Source: Thecamonas trahens ATCC 50062 (taxonomy: Eukaryota; Protista; Apusomonadida). From it: DNA of 26,276 nucleotides. Each line of letters begins with the position of its first letter. Within the stretch, counting starts at the first letter, position 1. The DNA is taken from positions 8,526 to 34,801 of the forward strand of contig NW_013657601.1 of assembly GCF_000142905.1 (NCBI RefSeq), in the 5' to 3' direction. Below are positions 9,836-19,100 of the stretch, one piece after another. Under the pieces are notes generated by a model. The model made no database searches. It was not told where the DNA came from and saw nothing but the letters and a program-made list of their open reading frames with translations. Made by a program: the position numbers and the translations under genes.

Positions 9836-11980
9836 TCAGACGTACGGGCTGGCACCGCTGCCATACCGCATCACCTCGGTCGGTTCGCCCGAGTGCGAGG
9901 AGCTGGAGGACGAGCTCGCGCTGACCGACGATGACGACATCGACGACGAGCGCGCCTTGGAGTAGGTCGAGACGGCCGATGCGTAGTCGGGTGGGTTGGT
10001 GTCGCGAGCTGGATCGGACTTGGGTTTGACGGTGTGGTCCTTGGATCGGCAGCCGCGCCAGCAGGCGCAGACGACGATGCCGATGACAATGAGAGCCCCG
10101 ACGGCAGAGCCAGCGATGATGAGCGTCAGCTCGAGCGTGTCATCGGTGGGCGAGTCAGCGGCGCGGCCGGTGGCGACGCACGCGGTCGTGTTGCATACGA
10201 TCGAGGCAACCGGGGCGGCGGCACGAGTGCCGATTCCGTTGTAGGTGACTCGGACCGATGGGGTGCGTGGCGGGATGATGCACGAGTGGCTCGTGATGGC
10301 GTAGTCCTCGCCGACGGCAAACAGATCCTGGCCCGATCCCTGTTGGGGATGGAGGACGAGGGCGAGCTGGTCGAGGCTGTCGGGACAGCCAGTGAAGATG
10401 AGCGGGGTGCGGGTCCGGAGGTTAAAGCCGATGACTAGCTCGATAATGGCCTTGCGCTTGGACTCCTCCTCGTCGACGATGAGCATGCGCTCAGTGATGT
10501 GTAGCGCCATATCTTCGCCGATGATCAAGCGCGAGTCGGGAACCAGGCGCAGCTCGCGGACAAAGGTCTCGGTGACAATGTTGACGGCGCCGGCGGCCTC
10601 GGCCTTGGGAACCTCGAGGTGTGGATAGGGCGGCGGTGGTGGCGGCGGGGATGGCGGCGGTGGCGATGGCGGCGGCGGGGGCGGTGGTGGCGATGGCGGA
10701 GGTGACGGCGGCGGAGAGGGGGGAGGCGATGGCGGCGGAGGCGGAGGCGGTGACGGCGGAGGCGGTGGAGGAGGCGACGGTGGGGGTGGCGCAGGCCGCA
10801 TGGGCCCCGTGTAACAGACTTTGTAAGATCCGAGCGAGCCATAGCCCGAGTAGCCACCGGTTGTGCCGGCGCGATCGCCGATGCCCTCGATGGTCAGCTT
10901 GTAGTCGTGTGCTGCCGGGTCAACGACCGAAAAAGCGGCGCCGAGCTCGGTGGCGGACGTGGTCGCTTCGGGCAGCGAGCAGGTGATGAGCACATCGTTG
11001 GTGCCATCGACCTGGTAGAGACAGGCCTTGATGTTGAGGTTGCTGTATGAGGCATAGGTGGTGTCGAGCGCGGTGGAGACGGTGAGGGTGAAGCTTCCAC
11101 GCCAGCCGATGGAGATGGCGTAGACGTCGACGTCGGCGTCGGTGGTGATGACGCCCGTCGCGGACGGGCTGCTGCAGCTTCCATCGTCATAGACGATGGT
11201 CATGGCTGTGGCAGACGCCAGCGTGTCGCCGGCCTCATCGGCAACGACAGGGATCTTGGAGGCGATGACGGCCAGGTCGTCCTGGGTCGACGTGGCGCCC
11301 GAGTAGTCGCCTTTGGACCACTGGGTGACCTCGACGGTGTAGGGCGCGCCCATGATGGGGCCCCAGCCGACGTTTGCAGCGGCACCGGGCACAGCATCGC
11401 CGGGATGCAGGGCTGTCACGTCCTTGCCGTCGTTGTACAGGCCCATCATCCGGCCCAGGGCCCGCGAGGCAGCGACGGCGCGCGCGCGAACAGTAACCAC
11501 ATTTGTGTCAAAGACAAAGCCGTGCTCGTACTTGCCCGAGGTCGAGCCAAAGAGGCCAAAGGCGGCCTGCATCGGGCCCTCGTCGCCGGCCACCACATCA
11601 TTCGAGTTGGTAAAGATGACGGTGGCCCGGTTGGCCAGGGGTGCCGATGTAAAGGTAGACTCCTCGGTCGTAACATCGACGTCAAAGGGGGCAAAGTCCT
11701 CAGCCACGGCCGCGTGAATGGTCTTGATCTGGAGCAGCTCGTCGCTGGAGATAGCGGTGCGATCGCCATCATGAGAAAAGGCAGCGACGGTAAAGGCGGC
11801 ACCCGAGTTCCATGGCGTGCCACTAGGGATGGATGCGCCCACAAAGTTGAGGTAGAAGACCTTGCCGGCGCCAGCCCGGGAGTGGAGAGCGGGGACAACA
11901 AGAGACGCGGCAGTCGTCGTCGGAGCAAGTGCCACCGCGAGGAGGAGCAGGAGAGCGAGACGAGCAAGTTTCAAGCGCAT
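9836..11980 (-). CDS. Single-pass membrane protein with an inactive metzincin-like (bacterial-type zinc metalloprotease) domain, PPC-like domain, Pro-rich stalk, TM and Ser-rich tail (714 aa)
   Basis: Signal peptide MRLKLARLALLLLLAVALAP; LHSRAGAGKVFYLNF, VAEDFAPFDVDVTTE, WGPIMG (Met-turn) and QWSKGDYSGATSTQDDL match a bacterial secreted metalloprotease type as I recall it; the zinc-motif position reads RALGRMMGLYN; GVITTDADVDVYAI PPC-like; SPPPP stalk; TM LIIAGSAVGALIVIGIVVCACW. Confidence 0.85.
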   Translation of the reverse strand: MRLKLARLALLLLLAVALAPTTTAASLVVPALHSRAGAGKVFYLNFVGASIPSGTPWNSGAAFTVAAFSHDGDRTAISSDELLQIKTIHAAVAEDFAPFDVDVTTEESTFTSAPLANRATVIFTNSNDVVAGDEGPMQAAFGLFGSTSGKYEHGFVFDTNVVTVRARAVAASRALGRMMGLYNDGKDVTALHPGDAVPGAAANVGWGPIMGAPYTVEVTQWSKGDYSGATSTQDDLAVIASKIPVVADEAGDTLASATAMTIVYDDGSCSSPSATGVITTDADVDVYAISIGWRGSFTLTVSTALDTTYASYSNLNIKACLYQVDGTNDVLITCSLPEATTSATELGAAFSVVDPAAHDYKLTIEGIGDRAGTTGGYSGYGSLGSYKVCYTGPMRPAPPPPSPPPPPPPSPPPPPPPSPPPSPPPSPPPSPPPPPPPPSPPPPSPPPPPPPYPHLEVPKAEAAGAVNIVTETFVRELRLVPDSRLIIGEDMALHITERMLIVDEEESKRKAIIELVIGFNLRTRTPLIFTGCPDSLDQLALVLHPQQGSGQDLFAVGEDYAITSHSCIIPPRTPSVRVTYNGIGTRAAAPVASIVCNTTACVATGRAADSPTDDTLELTLIIAGSAVGALIVIGIVVCACWRGCRSKDHTVKPKSDPARDTNPPDYASAVSTYSKARSSSMSSSSVSASSSSSSSHSGEPTEVMRYGSGASPYV
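10627..10795 (-). repeat. Ser-Pro(3-8) extensin-like coding repeat (stalk)
   Basis: PAPPPPSPPPPPPPSPPPPPPPSPPPSPPPSPPPSPPPPPPPPSPPPPSPPPPPPP in the translation; GGC/GGT/GGA-rich on the + strand. Confidence 0.9.
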
Positions 11981-12287
11981 CTCGGTGGGGGAGCACAGAG
12001 TGTTGGTTGTACCGATGGTGCTGTTGAACTGAAGTGGGGTGGTATGCCTACACTAGCCGGTATCTCCCTCCCCTTCTCCGGCCCCGCCCGCCTCGCACCC
12101 ACGTTGATGGGGAAATATTGTCGTCGCACGTGCCACCGGGTCGCTCCGCAATTTTTTAGGGAGGCGCGCGGGTGGGTGCGGAGATATTAATGGTCCGAAA
12201 TTGACAGGTTGGTGGGTTCGTGAACAGTGTCGAGCAGGCACCGACCTCTGGTGGCTGTGCTGAGCCATTATCCCCTTTATTCAGCCC

Positions 12288-12420
12288 TGATGATCATGCC
12301 CTTGAGCATGCCCTTGAGCATGTTGGTCGTCCCGTCCCCTTGATCATAGCCATGACCATCCCCGCCGCCATCCCCGCCACCATCCCCGCCACTATCCCCG
12401 CCACTATCCCCGCCACCACT
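12288..12420 (+). repeat. Imperfect 12-nt tandem repeats (CCCTTGAGCATG-like x2-3; ATCCCCGCCACY-like x5) in the divergent intergenic region
   Basis: Directly visible upstream of the first assembly gap. Confidence 0.8.
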
Positions 12421-12464
12421 ATCATTGTGCCCTTGATCATTGTCCCCCCCTCCCCCCCCACATG

Positions 12465-12564
12465 NNNNNNNNNNNNNNNNNNNNNNNNNNNNNNNNNNNN
12501 NNNNNNNNNNNNNNNNNNNNNNNNNNNNNNNNNNNNNNNNNNNNNNNNNNNNNNNNNNNNNNNN
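12465..12564. other. Assembly gap (100 N)
   Basis: Run of exactly 100 N, flanked by poly-C and (CA)n. Confidence 1.
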
Positions 12565-12566
12565 CG

Positions 12567-12567
<1 letters not shown>

Positions 12568-12621
<54 letters not shown>
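12568..12621 (+). repeat. Compound microsatellite (CA)n(TA)n
   Basis: CA repeats 12568-12605 followed by TA repeats to 12621, ending ~33 nt upstream of ATG12655. Confidence 0.95.
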
Positions 12622-12622
<1 letters not shown>

Positions 12623-12654
12623 GCATTCAAACATACACACGGCCACTGCACTCC

Positions 12655-15600
12655 ATGTCGACCACTGCACGACGTGTGCAGTACGTGGACAGCAACGGGT
12701 GTGTACATGGGCCATTCCTGGCAACAGCCGTCTGTGACTGGGTGGCTTCAGGCCTCCTCCCGCCCTCGCTGCTCGTCCGCCTCCCTGGCGAGCCCTCCTT
12801 CACTCGCCTGTCGGACCATCCTGCTCTGACTGACCACAGCCCTGTCGCCACCGATCATGACCACCGCCCTGGCCACAGCCACCGCCCTGTCGCCACCGAT
12901 CATGACCACCGCCCTGGCCACAGCCACCGCCCTGTCGCCACCGATCATGACCACCGCCCTGGCCACAGCCACCGCCCTGTCGCCACCGATCATGACCACC
13001 GCCCTGGCCACAGCCACCGCCCTGTCGCCACCGATCATGACCACCGCCCTGGCCACAGCCACCGCCCTGTCGCCACCTACAGCCACCGCCCTCCCCTCGC
13101 CGATCATCGCCCCGCTCCAACTGCGCCTCCATCAACACCGCCTGCATCTTCAACGGCAACGTCAGCATTGAGATCATTGGCTTTGTCGTCAACGACGGCG
13201 ATTGGAACGGGGGCAACTGCCCCAGACACGTTGACGTCGCCGGGTTTCCTCCCGTCGCCCACTCATCGGCCTCCGCTCTACTTGGCGCAGACCGAGGTGG
13301 CCCATACTGCCGACCCTGCCGGTCATCAGACTCGGCAAGATCACCACGCCCAGCTGCGGGATGATGTTGTGTTGCTCTGCACTCAGCTGAGGGAAAACGC
13401 GGACCAGCTGCAGGCGGCAGAGGCTGCTATGGCCGAGATGGAGGAGGAGAATCATCGCCTGCGTGGGGAGAATGACAACTTGCGCTCCGCTGAAGACCAA
13501 GTCATGCGCTTGCGGCAGGAGCTCGAGGACGAACGCGCCCGCTCTGCTGCCATCAGGGATGAGATGGCTGCAGACACCGAACGCGCTCTCAAGCAGCAAG
13601 CCAGTCTACTGCGCGCCAACAGCGAGCGCGAACTCAACCTCGCCCTCAAGCAGCAATCGGAACTCCTCACGTCGGAGCACGCCTCGGCCATCTCGGCCGC
13701 CCTCGCTGCCCAGGCTGACCGTCTTGCCGCAGCCCACACCACCGAACTCAACCTCGCCCTCAAGCAGCAATCGGAACTCCTCACGTCGGAGCACGCCTCG
13801 GCCGTCTCGGCCGCCCTCGCTGCCCAGGCTGACCGTCTTGCCGCAGCCCACACCACCGAACTCAACCTCGCCCTCAAGCAGCAATCGGAACTCCTCACGT
13901 CGGAGCACGCCTCGGCCGTCTCGGCCGCCCTCGCTGCCCAGGCTGACCGTCTTGCCGCAGCCCACACCACCGAACTCAACCTCGCCCTCAAGCAGCAATC
14001 GGAACTCCTCACGTCGGAGCACGCCTCGGCCATCTCGGCCGCCCTCGCTGCCCAGGCTGACCGTCTTGCCGCAGCCCACACCACCGAACTCAACCTCGCC
14101 CTCAAGCAGCAATCGGAACTCCTCACGTCGGAGCACGCTTCGGCCGTCTCGGCCGCCCTCGCCGCTCAGGCTGACCGCATCCGCGCCGCCAACGCCCGCG
14201 ACCTGGACCTCGCCCTCAAGCAACAGTCCGAGATCATCGCCTCTGAGCACGCGGCCACCCTCGCCGCTCAGGCTGACCGCATCCGCGCCGCCAACACCCG
14301 CGACCTGGACCTCGCCCTCAAGCAACAGTCCGAGATCATCGCCTCTGAGCACGCGGCCACCCTCGCCGCTCAGGCTGACCGCATCCGCGCCGCCAACGCC
14401 CGCGACCTGGACCCCGCTCTCACGCAGCAGCCCACCGCCCAGCCATCCAGCCAAGACCTCGATGCCGCCCTCGAGCAGCAGGCCGCCACCCTCGCCGCTC
14501 AACACGCCGCCGCCCTCAAGCAGCAGGCCGCCGTCCTCGCCGCTCAATACGCTAACGCCCCGGATTCCTCCGAGTACCACGCCAACAAGCTGTTTGTCAC
14601 GCTTAACGAGCTTCGCGCTACAAAGGCTGAGCTCTCCCGCCTGCGCGCCGAGCTCTCCGCCGCCGACGAGGAGCTCGCCCATGCATCGTCATCGCTCCTC
14701 GCTCCGTCGCACTCGGACTCGATCTCGTCGTCGTCGTCGTCGGGCAACCTCGCCCGCGAACTCCTCGCTTCACTCAACTCGGGGCCGTCTCCACTGCATC
14801 GCCTCTGGGACGCTGTCACCTCGCTTGCTCTCCCGCTCTCCGACACATCTGCCCCGTTCTTCGCCGCAGTCGCCACCGCTGGGCCCGAGGCACTCGTCAC
14901 CACCCTCCCGCCGCTCCTTGACGCCCTCGTCGCCTCACCCGCGCCATCTGCCGCTGACCCACTGTGGGACGCGGTCTCGCGCTGCTCGCATCCGCTCCCG
15001 CCCGATGAGGCCGCCCTCCTTGCCGCTGTCATCTCGGCTGGACCTCAAGCGCTCGCTACCACCCTCCCGCCGCTCCTTGATGCCCTCGCCGGTGCTCTTG
15101 TTGCTCGCCTAGCCGAGCTCCGCGCCACAGAGACAGAGCTCCTCACTGTCTACGACGCCCTGGAGGCTGCCCGCGCCCAGCCGCCGCCTCCCAACAACAA
15201 CACTGCCTCCCTCGACGAGCTTCGCGACGAGAACATCGTCCTCCGCGAGCAGTGGTCTTCCGCGCAGGACACCATCGACGACCTCACCGCCACCATCGCT
15301 TCCCTCACCGCCTCGTCCTCCACCGCAAACATCGAGCTCGCCGCCCAGGTCCGCCAGCTCATGGCTGCTCTCGCCGACCTCCGCCGCAAGCCATCGTCTC
15401 CGTCCCCGTCTCCGTCTCCATCTCCGGCCTCACCGCCTCCGCCGCCTCGGTCGCCGCCCACCACCGCCCTTGATGCCGCCACTGCCATCGCCCGCATGGT
15501 CCACGCCGCTCACCCCGACGTCGACGCCGTCCTCGACATCATTCTCGTCTTTGTCCGCAAGCTCGCCGCGTCGACGCTCTTCAAGACCGGCATGCTTCCG

Positions 15601-16098
15601 GCCTCCACCATTGCCGTCGTCGTTGAAGCCTGGGAGCAGCTCTACGAGAACGTCGCCATCGCCAGCGCCCTACCCGACCGCGCCACCCTCACCCCGCTCG
15701 TCACCTCGTCGCTCCTTGTCGCCCGTAGCGTCGCCCTCGCAGACGCTGCAGGCGTCGCCGATGACCTCGTCGCTGCCGTCGCAGACTCTATGGCCCTGGT
15801 TGCTGCCCTCGATCTTGTCGATGCCTCTGTTGGCGGCGCCCGCGCCCGCCTCGGCCCCCGCCCCACCCTCGTCCGCGCCCTCCAGGGCGCCCGCAAGCGC
15901 GTCAAGTCACACCGCGACGCCGCCGTCCGCTCCTTTGACTCGGCCGGTGCAGACGACGTCTTTATCGTTCGCTCGCTCGTCGATGCCGTCGACTCCTGGA
16001 TCCGCGCCGCGAAGCCGACCCACGAGCCGGGTGCCGCAGCCGCAGCCACCGCCCGCCCCGCGGCTGCCGTGGTCGACGCCGTCCTCGCCGCCATCTAG
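12655..16098 (+). CDS. GYF-like domain, His-rich repeat and long coiled-coil protein (~1,147 aa)
   Basis: VQYVDSNGCVHGPFLATAVCDWVASGLLPPSLLVR fits the GYF consensus (YxDxxGxVxGPF...W...GYF...LxVR); coiled-coil heptads (LRENADQLQAAEAAMAEMEEENHRLRGENDNLR); Pro-rich motif SPPPPPRSPP; helical C-terminal domain. The start could lie further upstream across the gap. Confidence 0.8.
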   Translation: MSTTARRVQYVDSNGCVHGPFLATAVCDWVASGLLPPSLLVRLPGEPSFTRLSDHPALTDHSPVATDHDHRPGHSHRPVATDHDHRPGHSHRPVATDHDHRPGHSHRPVATDHDHRPGHSHRPVATDHDHRPGHSHRPVATYSHRPPLADHRPAPTAPPSTPPASSTATSALRSLALSSTTAIGTGATAPDTLTSPGFLPSPTHRPPLYLAQTEVAHTADPAGHQTRQDHHAQLRDDVVLLCTQLRENADQLQAAEAAMAEMEEENHRLRGENDNLRSAEDQVMRLRQELEDERARSAAIRDEMAADTERALKQQASLLRANSERELNLALKQQSELLTSEHASAISAALAAQADRLAAAHTTELNLALKQQSELLTSEHASAVSAALAAQADRLAAAHTTELNLALKQQSELLTSEHASAVSAALAAQADRLAAAHTTELNLALKQQSELLTSEHASAISAALAAQADRLAAAHTTELNLALKQQSELLTSEHASAVSAALAAQADRIRAANARDLDLALKQQSEIIASEHAATLAAQADRIRAANTRDLDLALKQQSEIIASEHAATLAAQADRIRAANARDLDPALTQQPTAQPSSQDLDAALEQQAATLAAQHAAALKQQAAVLAAQYANAPDSSEYHANKLFVTLNELRATKAELSRLRAELSAADEELAHASSSLLAPSHSDSISSSSSSGNLARELLASLNSGPSPLHRLWDAVTSLALPLSDTSAPFFAAVATAGPEALVTTLPPLLDALVASPAPSAADPLWDAVSRCSHPLPPDEAALLAAVISAGPQALATTLPPLLDALAGALVARLAELRATETELLTVYDALEAARAQPPPPNNNTASLDELRDENIVLREQWSSAQDTIDDLTATIASLTASSSTANIELAAQVRQLMAALADLRRKPSSPSPSPSPSPASPPPPPRSPPTTALDAATAIARMVHAAHPDVDAVLDIILVFVRKLAASTLFKTGMLPASTIAVVVEAWEQLYENVAIASALPDRATLTPLVTSSLLVARSVALADAAGVADDLVAAVADSMALVAALDLVDASVGGARARLGPRPTLVRALQGARKRVKSHRDAAVRSFDSAGADDVFIVRSLVDAVDSWIRAAKPTHEPGAAAAATARPAAAVVDAVLAAI
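12841..13077 (+). repeat. 45-nt coding minisatellite, 5 perfect copies plus a partial copy (PVATDHDHRPGHSHR)
   Basis: Unit CCTGTCGCCACCGATCATGACCACCGCCCTGGCCACAGCCACCGC starts at 12841, 12886, 12931, 12976 and 13021; partial copy at 13066. Confidence 0.97.
13630..14420 (+). repeat. 114-nt (38 aa) coding tandem repeat x5 grading into a related 102-nt (34 aa) repeat x2 plus a partial copy
   Basis: ELNLALKQQSELLTSEHASA(I/V)SAALAAQADRLAAAHTT starts at 13630, 13744, 13858, 13972 and 14086; DLDLALKQQSEIIASEHAATLAAQADRIRAAN(T/A)R starts at 14200 and 14302; partial copy at 14404. Confidence 0.95.
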
Positions 16099-16110
16099 GC
16101 ATATCAGACT

Positions 16111-19100
16111 TTACACCATGTTCTCGTCAACATCCTCTCCTACCGGATTAACATGCGCGACCTTCCACTCAACCTCGTCTTCTCCCTCGTCGACAACGGT
16201 TCCAGTCATCGGCTCGAGCATGACTCCGCGACTGTCCTTGCTCGGCCCACGCGCGGCAAACTCAAGGACCGCGTCGGTTGCCGCCGGGCCAAGCTCGAGG
16301 CTCTCGCCCTCCATCGTCCGCACAAGCCGGGCATACCGCTCGCGCCTCAGCCGGGTCGGATCCGACCGTGCGGCTACAATCCCGCGCATGTCCAGAACCA
16401 CGGCCCGGACAACCACAATGCCCAGAGCCAGCAGGCATGCCCACGTTCCGACCTCGACCACCCGAGACGGCGACTCCGCATGGCGGTTCGCGTACGATGC
16501 CCCGCCAAAGAACAGCATCGAGACCAGGCAGAGCGAAATCTGCGCGTCGACCTCGTTGTGCAGCGGGACCACGTACGGCGCGTTCTGCTTGACAAACACA
16601 ATCGCAAACACGAGCAGAGCCACAAGGCCGCCAAGCTGCACCAGCTGGTGCCTCGATGCAAAGGTAGCAATGGTCACAATGACAAGTCGCTTGCCGAGCT
16701 CGCCCACTCCACCGTACCAGTACTCGAGCCGGAAGGCCTTGTACAGCGGCCCGTACCGCGCCATACACTCGCTCGTCTGCAACCTGCCGCGGCTCCGGAA
16801 GAGCGCCACAAACACAAAACTCGGGAGCCCGAGCACGTACATCACAACGCCAATGATACCCACAGGCAGGACCGCAAACCACTTGGAATCAAAGCACGCC
16901 ACCGACGGGTCGGCGTCCACAACCCACGTCCCGTTCGGGAGCTGGGTACAATCAAACAGCACGAGCGTTGCCTTGGCCATCGGAATGTACAGCAGCGGCG
17001 CCGCCGCAAACATCACCGCTTCCATCATGGCAACCATCGACGTTCGACCCAGCTGCCCCGCCCGCGCAGGTCCCAGACACCGGCCGATCGCCTTGGCGGC
17101 CGCCAAAAACACCGCAGAGAGGCCAAAGAAGACCGCAAAAATAAGCACAGACAGCGCGTACCGCGTGTGGAACCACGGCATCGAGCACTCGGACGCAAAG
17201 AACGAAAGGTCCACGTTGAGCCCGTTGGCCCACGACAGCGCCGCCTGCGATGACGAGCTCCACGAGAACCGCGCCTCCGAGAAAATGCCCACAATCTGCA
17301 GCGCAACAAGCGCCATCGACAGCGTCCCCGGTACAGGTCGGCGACGGAACCGGTCCAGCAGCAGTACGCCCGCCTCGTCATCGCTGCCGTCGCTCTCGCG
17401 CCCGTCTTCGGCCGCAGGCATCGCCCGCAACGCCGTAAACACCACCGCCCCGGCAGCTGCCAGTGCCCCAATTACCACCATCGCGACCAGGCCGCCAAGC
17501 AGGCCTGTGGCAGCATTCGGGCACTTGCGGCATCGGCCCTCGGGATCCGAGTAGTAGCCCGATGAACACGTGTTGCACATGTAGCCCTCGTACCCAATGG
17601 CGCACACTTGCCCGACCTCGGGCGCGCACGCGGCCGGTCGCAGACAGCTCACAAACTTGCCCGGCTCGCTCTCAAAGAACCCGGGCAGCGGCCGCGGCCT
17701 CGCACTCGAGCCGCAGCACACCCCGCCGGACGGACACGCCTCACATTCGCTGTTGATGCTCCCGCTCCGAGTGTAGAAGCCCGGCAGGCAGACGCAATCA
17801 GTCTCGCCAAACACCACATCGGAGCAATTGGCCACAGACAAGAGCCCGCGCTCCGCGTTGCTCAGGCACTCGGCTGGCGTCATGCACTCATCAGATGTGA
17901 GCTCGCTGGAGAAGGTACTCCCCACGCACAGCGCACACAGCAGCGGTGCGTTGGCCAGAGCCGGCGAGATCCGCCCGTAGTCGGGTGGGCAGAGCGTTAC
18001 CTGCACTACAACAGTTGCTTCCAGCTCTGATGTGTCACCTCCCGACACGAACACCGTCAGGCTCGCGCTGATCCCGGCATCGCCCGAAGCTTCCAGTCGA
18101 TCCAGCGGGAGCGAGAGCGCCAGTCCTGCAAGCGACACCGTCGACTCTCCCTCTGCCAGCAAGAGTCCAGATCCCAATCCGGTCAGCTCCGCCCCGCTCT
18201 CGCCCACAATTTGAACTTGCAGCGGAAGCAGCTTGTCCCGCACCGGATTGCCGTACCCATCGACGTACGACACACTCCCGCGCCCAAAGCTGAGCCCGGA
18301 CGCCACACTTCCGACGCCAGCCGCTACAGCCATAGACTTGGGAGCCGTGACCGAGGCATTGGCATCGATGCCGTCGTGCCACCACGTCGGCGGCGACGGT
18401 GAGTCTGCCAAGCATGTGAAGGCCGCGCCATACGAGTCCAAACCACTTGCCCACGCACTCGGCGCACCGCATCCAAACACAATCGATCCGTACTGGGCGC
18501 TGCCTCCCACCGCAGCCATGCTGGCATTGATGACGGCTTCCGCGCCCAGCCCCAGGCTGGCACTGACTCCCATCGCCAACTCGAGCGTCGTCCGGTACGA
18601 CGGCAACGGCATGTGCATCTCGGCGGCGATCACTGCCACGCCGCCGTACGTAGCCGACGCAAACGAGACTGTCGTTCGCTCGTCAAGCACAATTTGAGGC
18701 CACGCCGCCACGCCGACATCAGGAACCGTCACTGCAATCGCGCCACCGGCAAAGGCAGACGTCTCGGACATCACCACTCCGTTCAGGCTCACGCGTGCTC
18801 GCGTCGCACTTTCAGTCACCAGCAACACGCCGCCGCGGGCCTGTGGCGCATGCGATTCGCGGACGATTGTCTCACTCAAGACAACGTCCGCATCGCTGCC
18901 ATCCACGAGCACCACGCCGCCTCCGCCCAAAAGGACTGCGCGGCTCACAGTCTCGGTCTTCACCGCCGCGTCGGTCACATTGCAACCGACCAGCTCAACC
19001 ACTGCACGCGCACCCACCAGTGCCACCACGCCGCCACCGCCGGTGGAGCGGATGGCAACAAACCCGCAGCGGCTTGCTCCTACCTTGCCGTCGTCGCCCA

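Noticed and set aside
12220-12654. N-terminal extensions in the ORF track (12220-, 394-, 22326-, 25969-)
   Set aside because: They run through N gaps, microsatellites or promoter-like DNA; better ATGs lie directly before the signal peptides or first domain.
12841-14420. CRISPR-like array in the 45-nt and 114-nt repeats
   Set aside because: Head-to-tail units with no unique spacers, lengths divisible by 3, inside a coding frame, and no cas genes.
15470-17554. Long overlapping/antisense ORFs (e.g. 15470-17554 +, 22176-24002 +, 13463-15112 +, 8735-9682 -)
   Set aside because: Shadow frames of high-GC coding sequence; low-complexity S/P/R/A translations without recognisable motifs.
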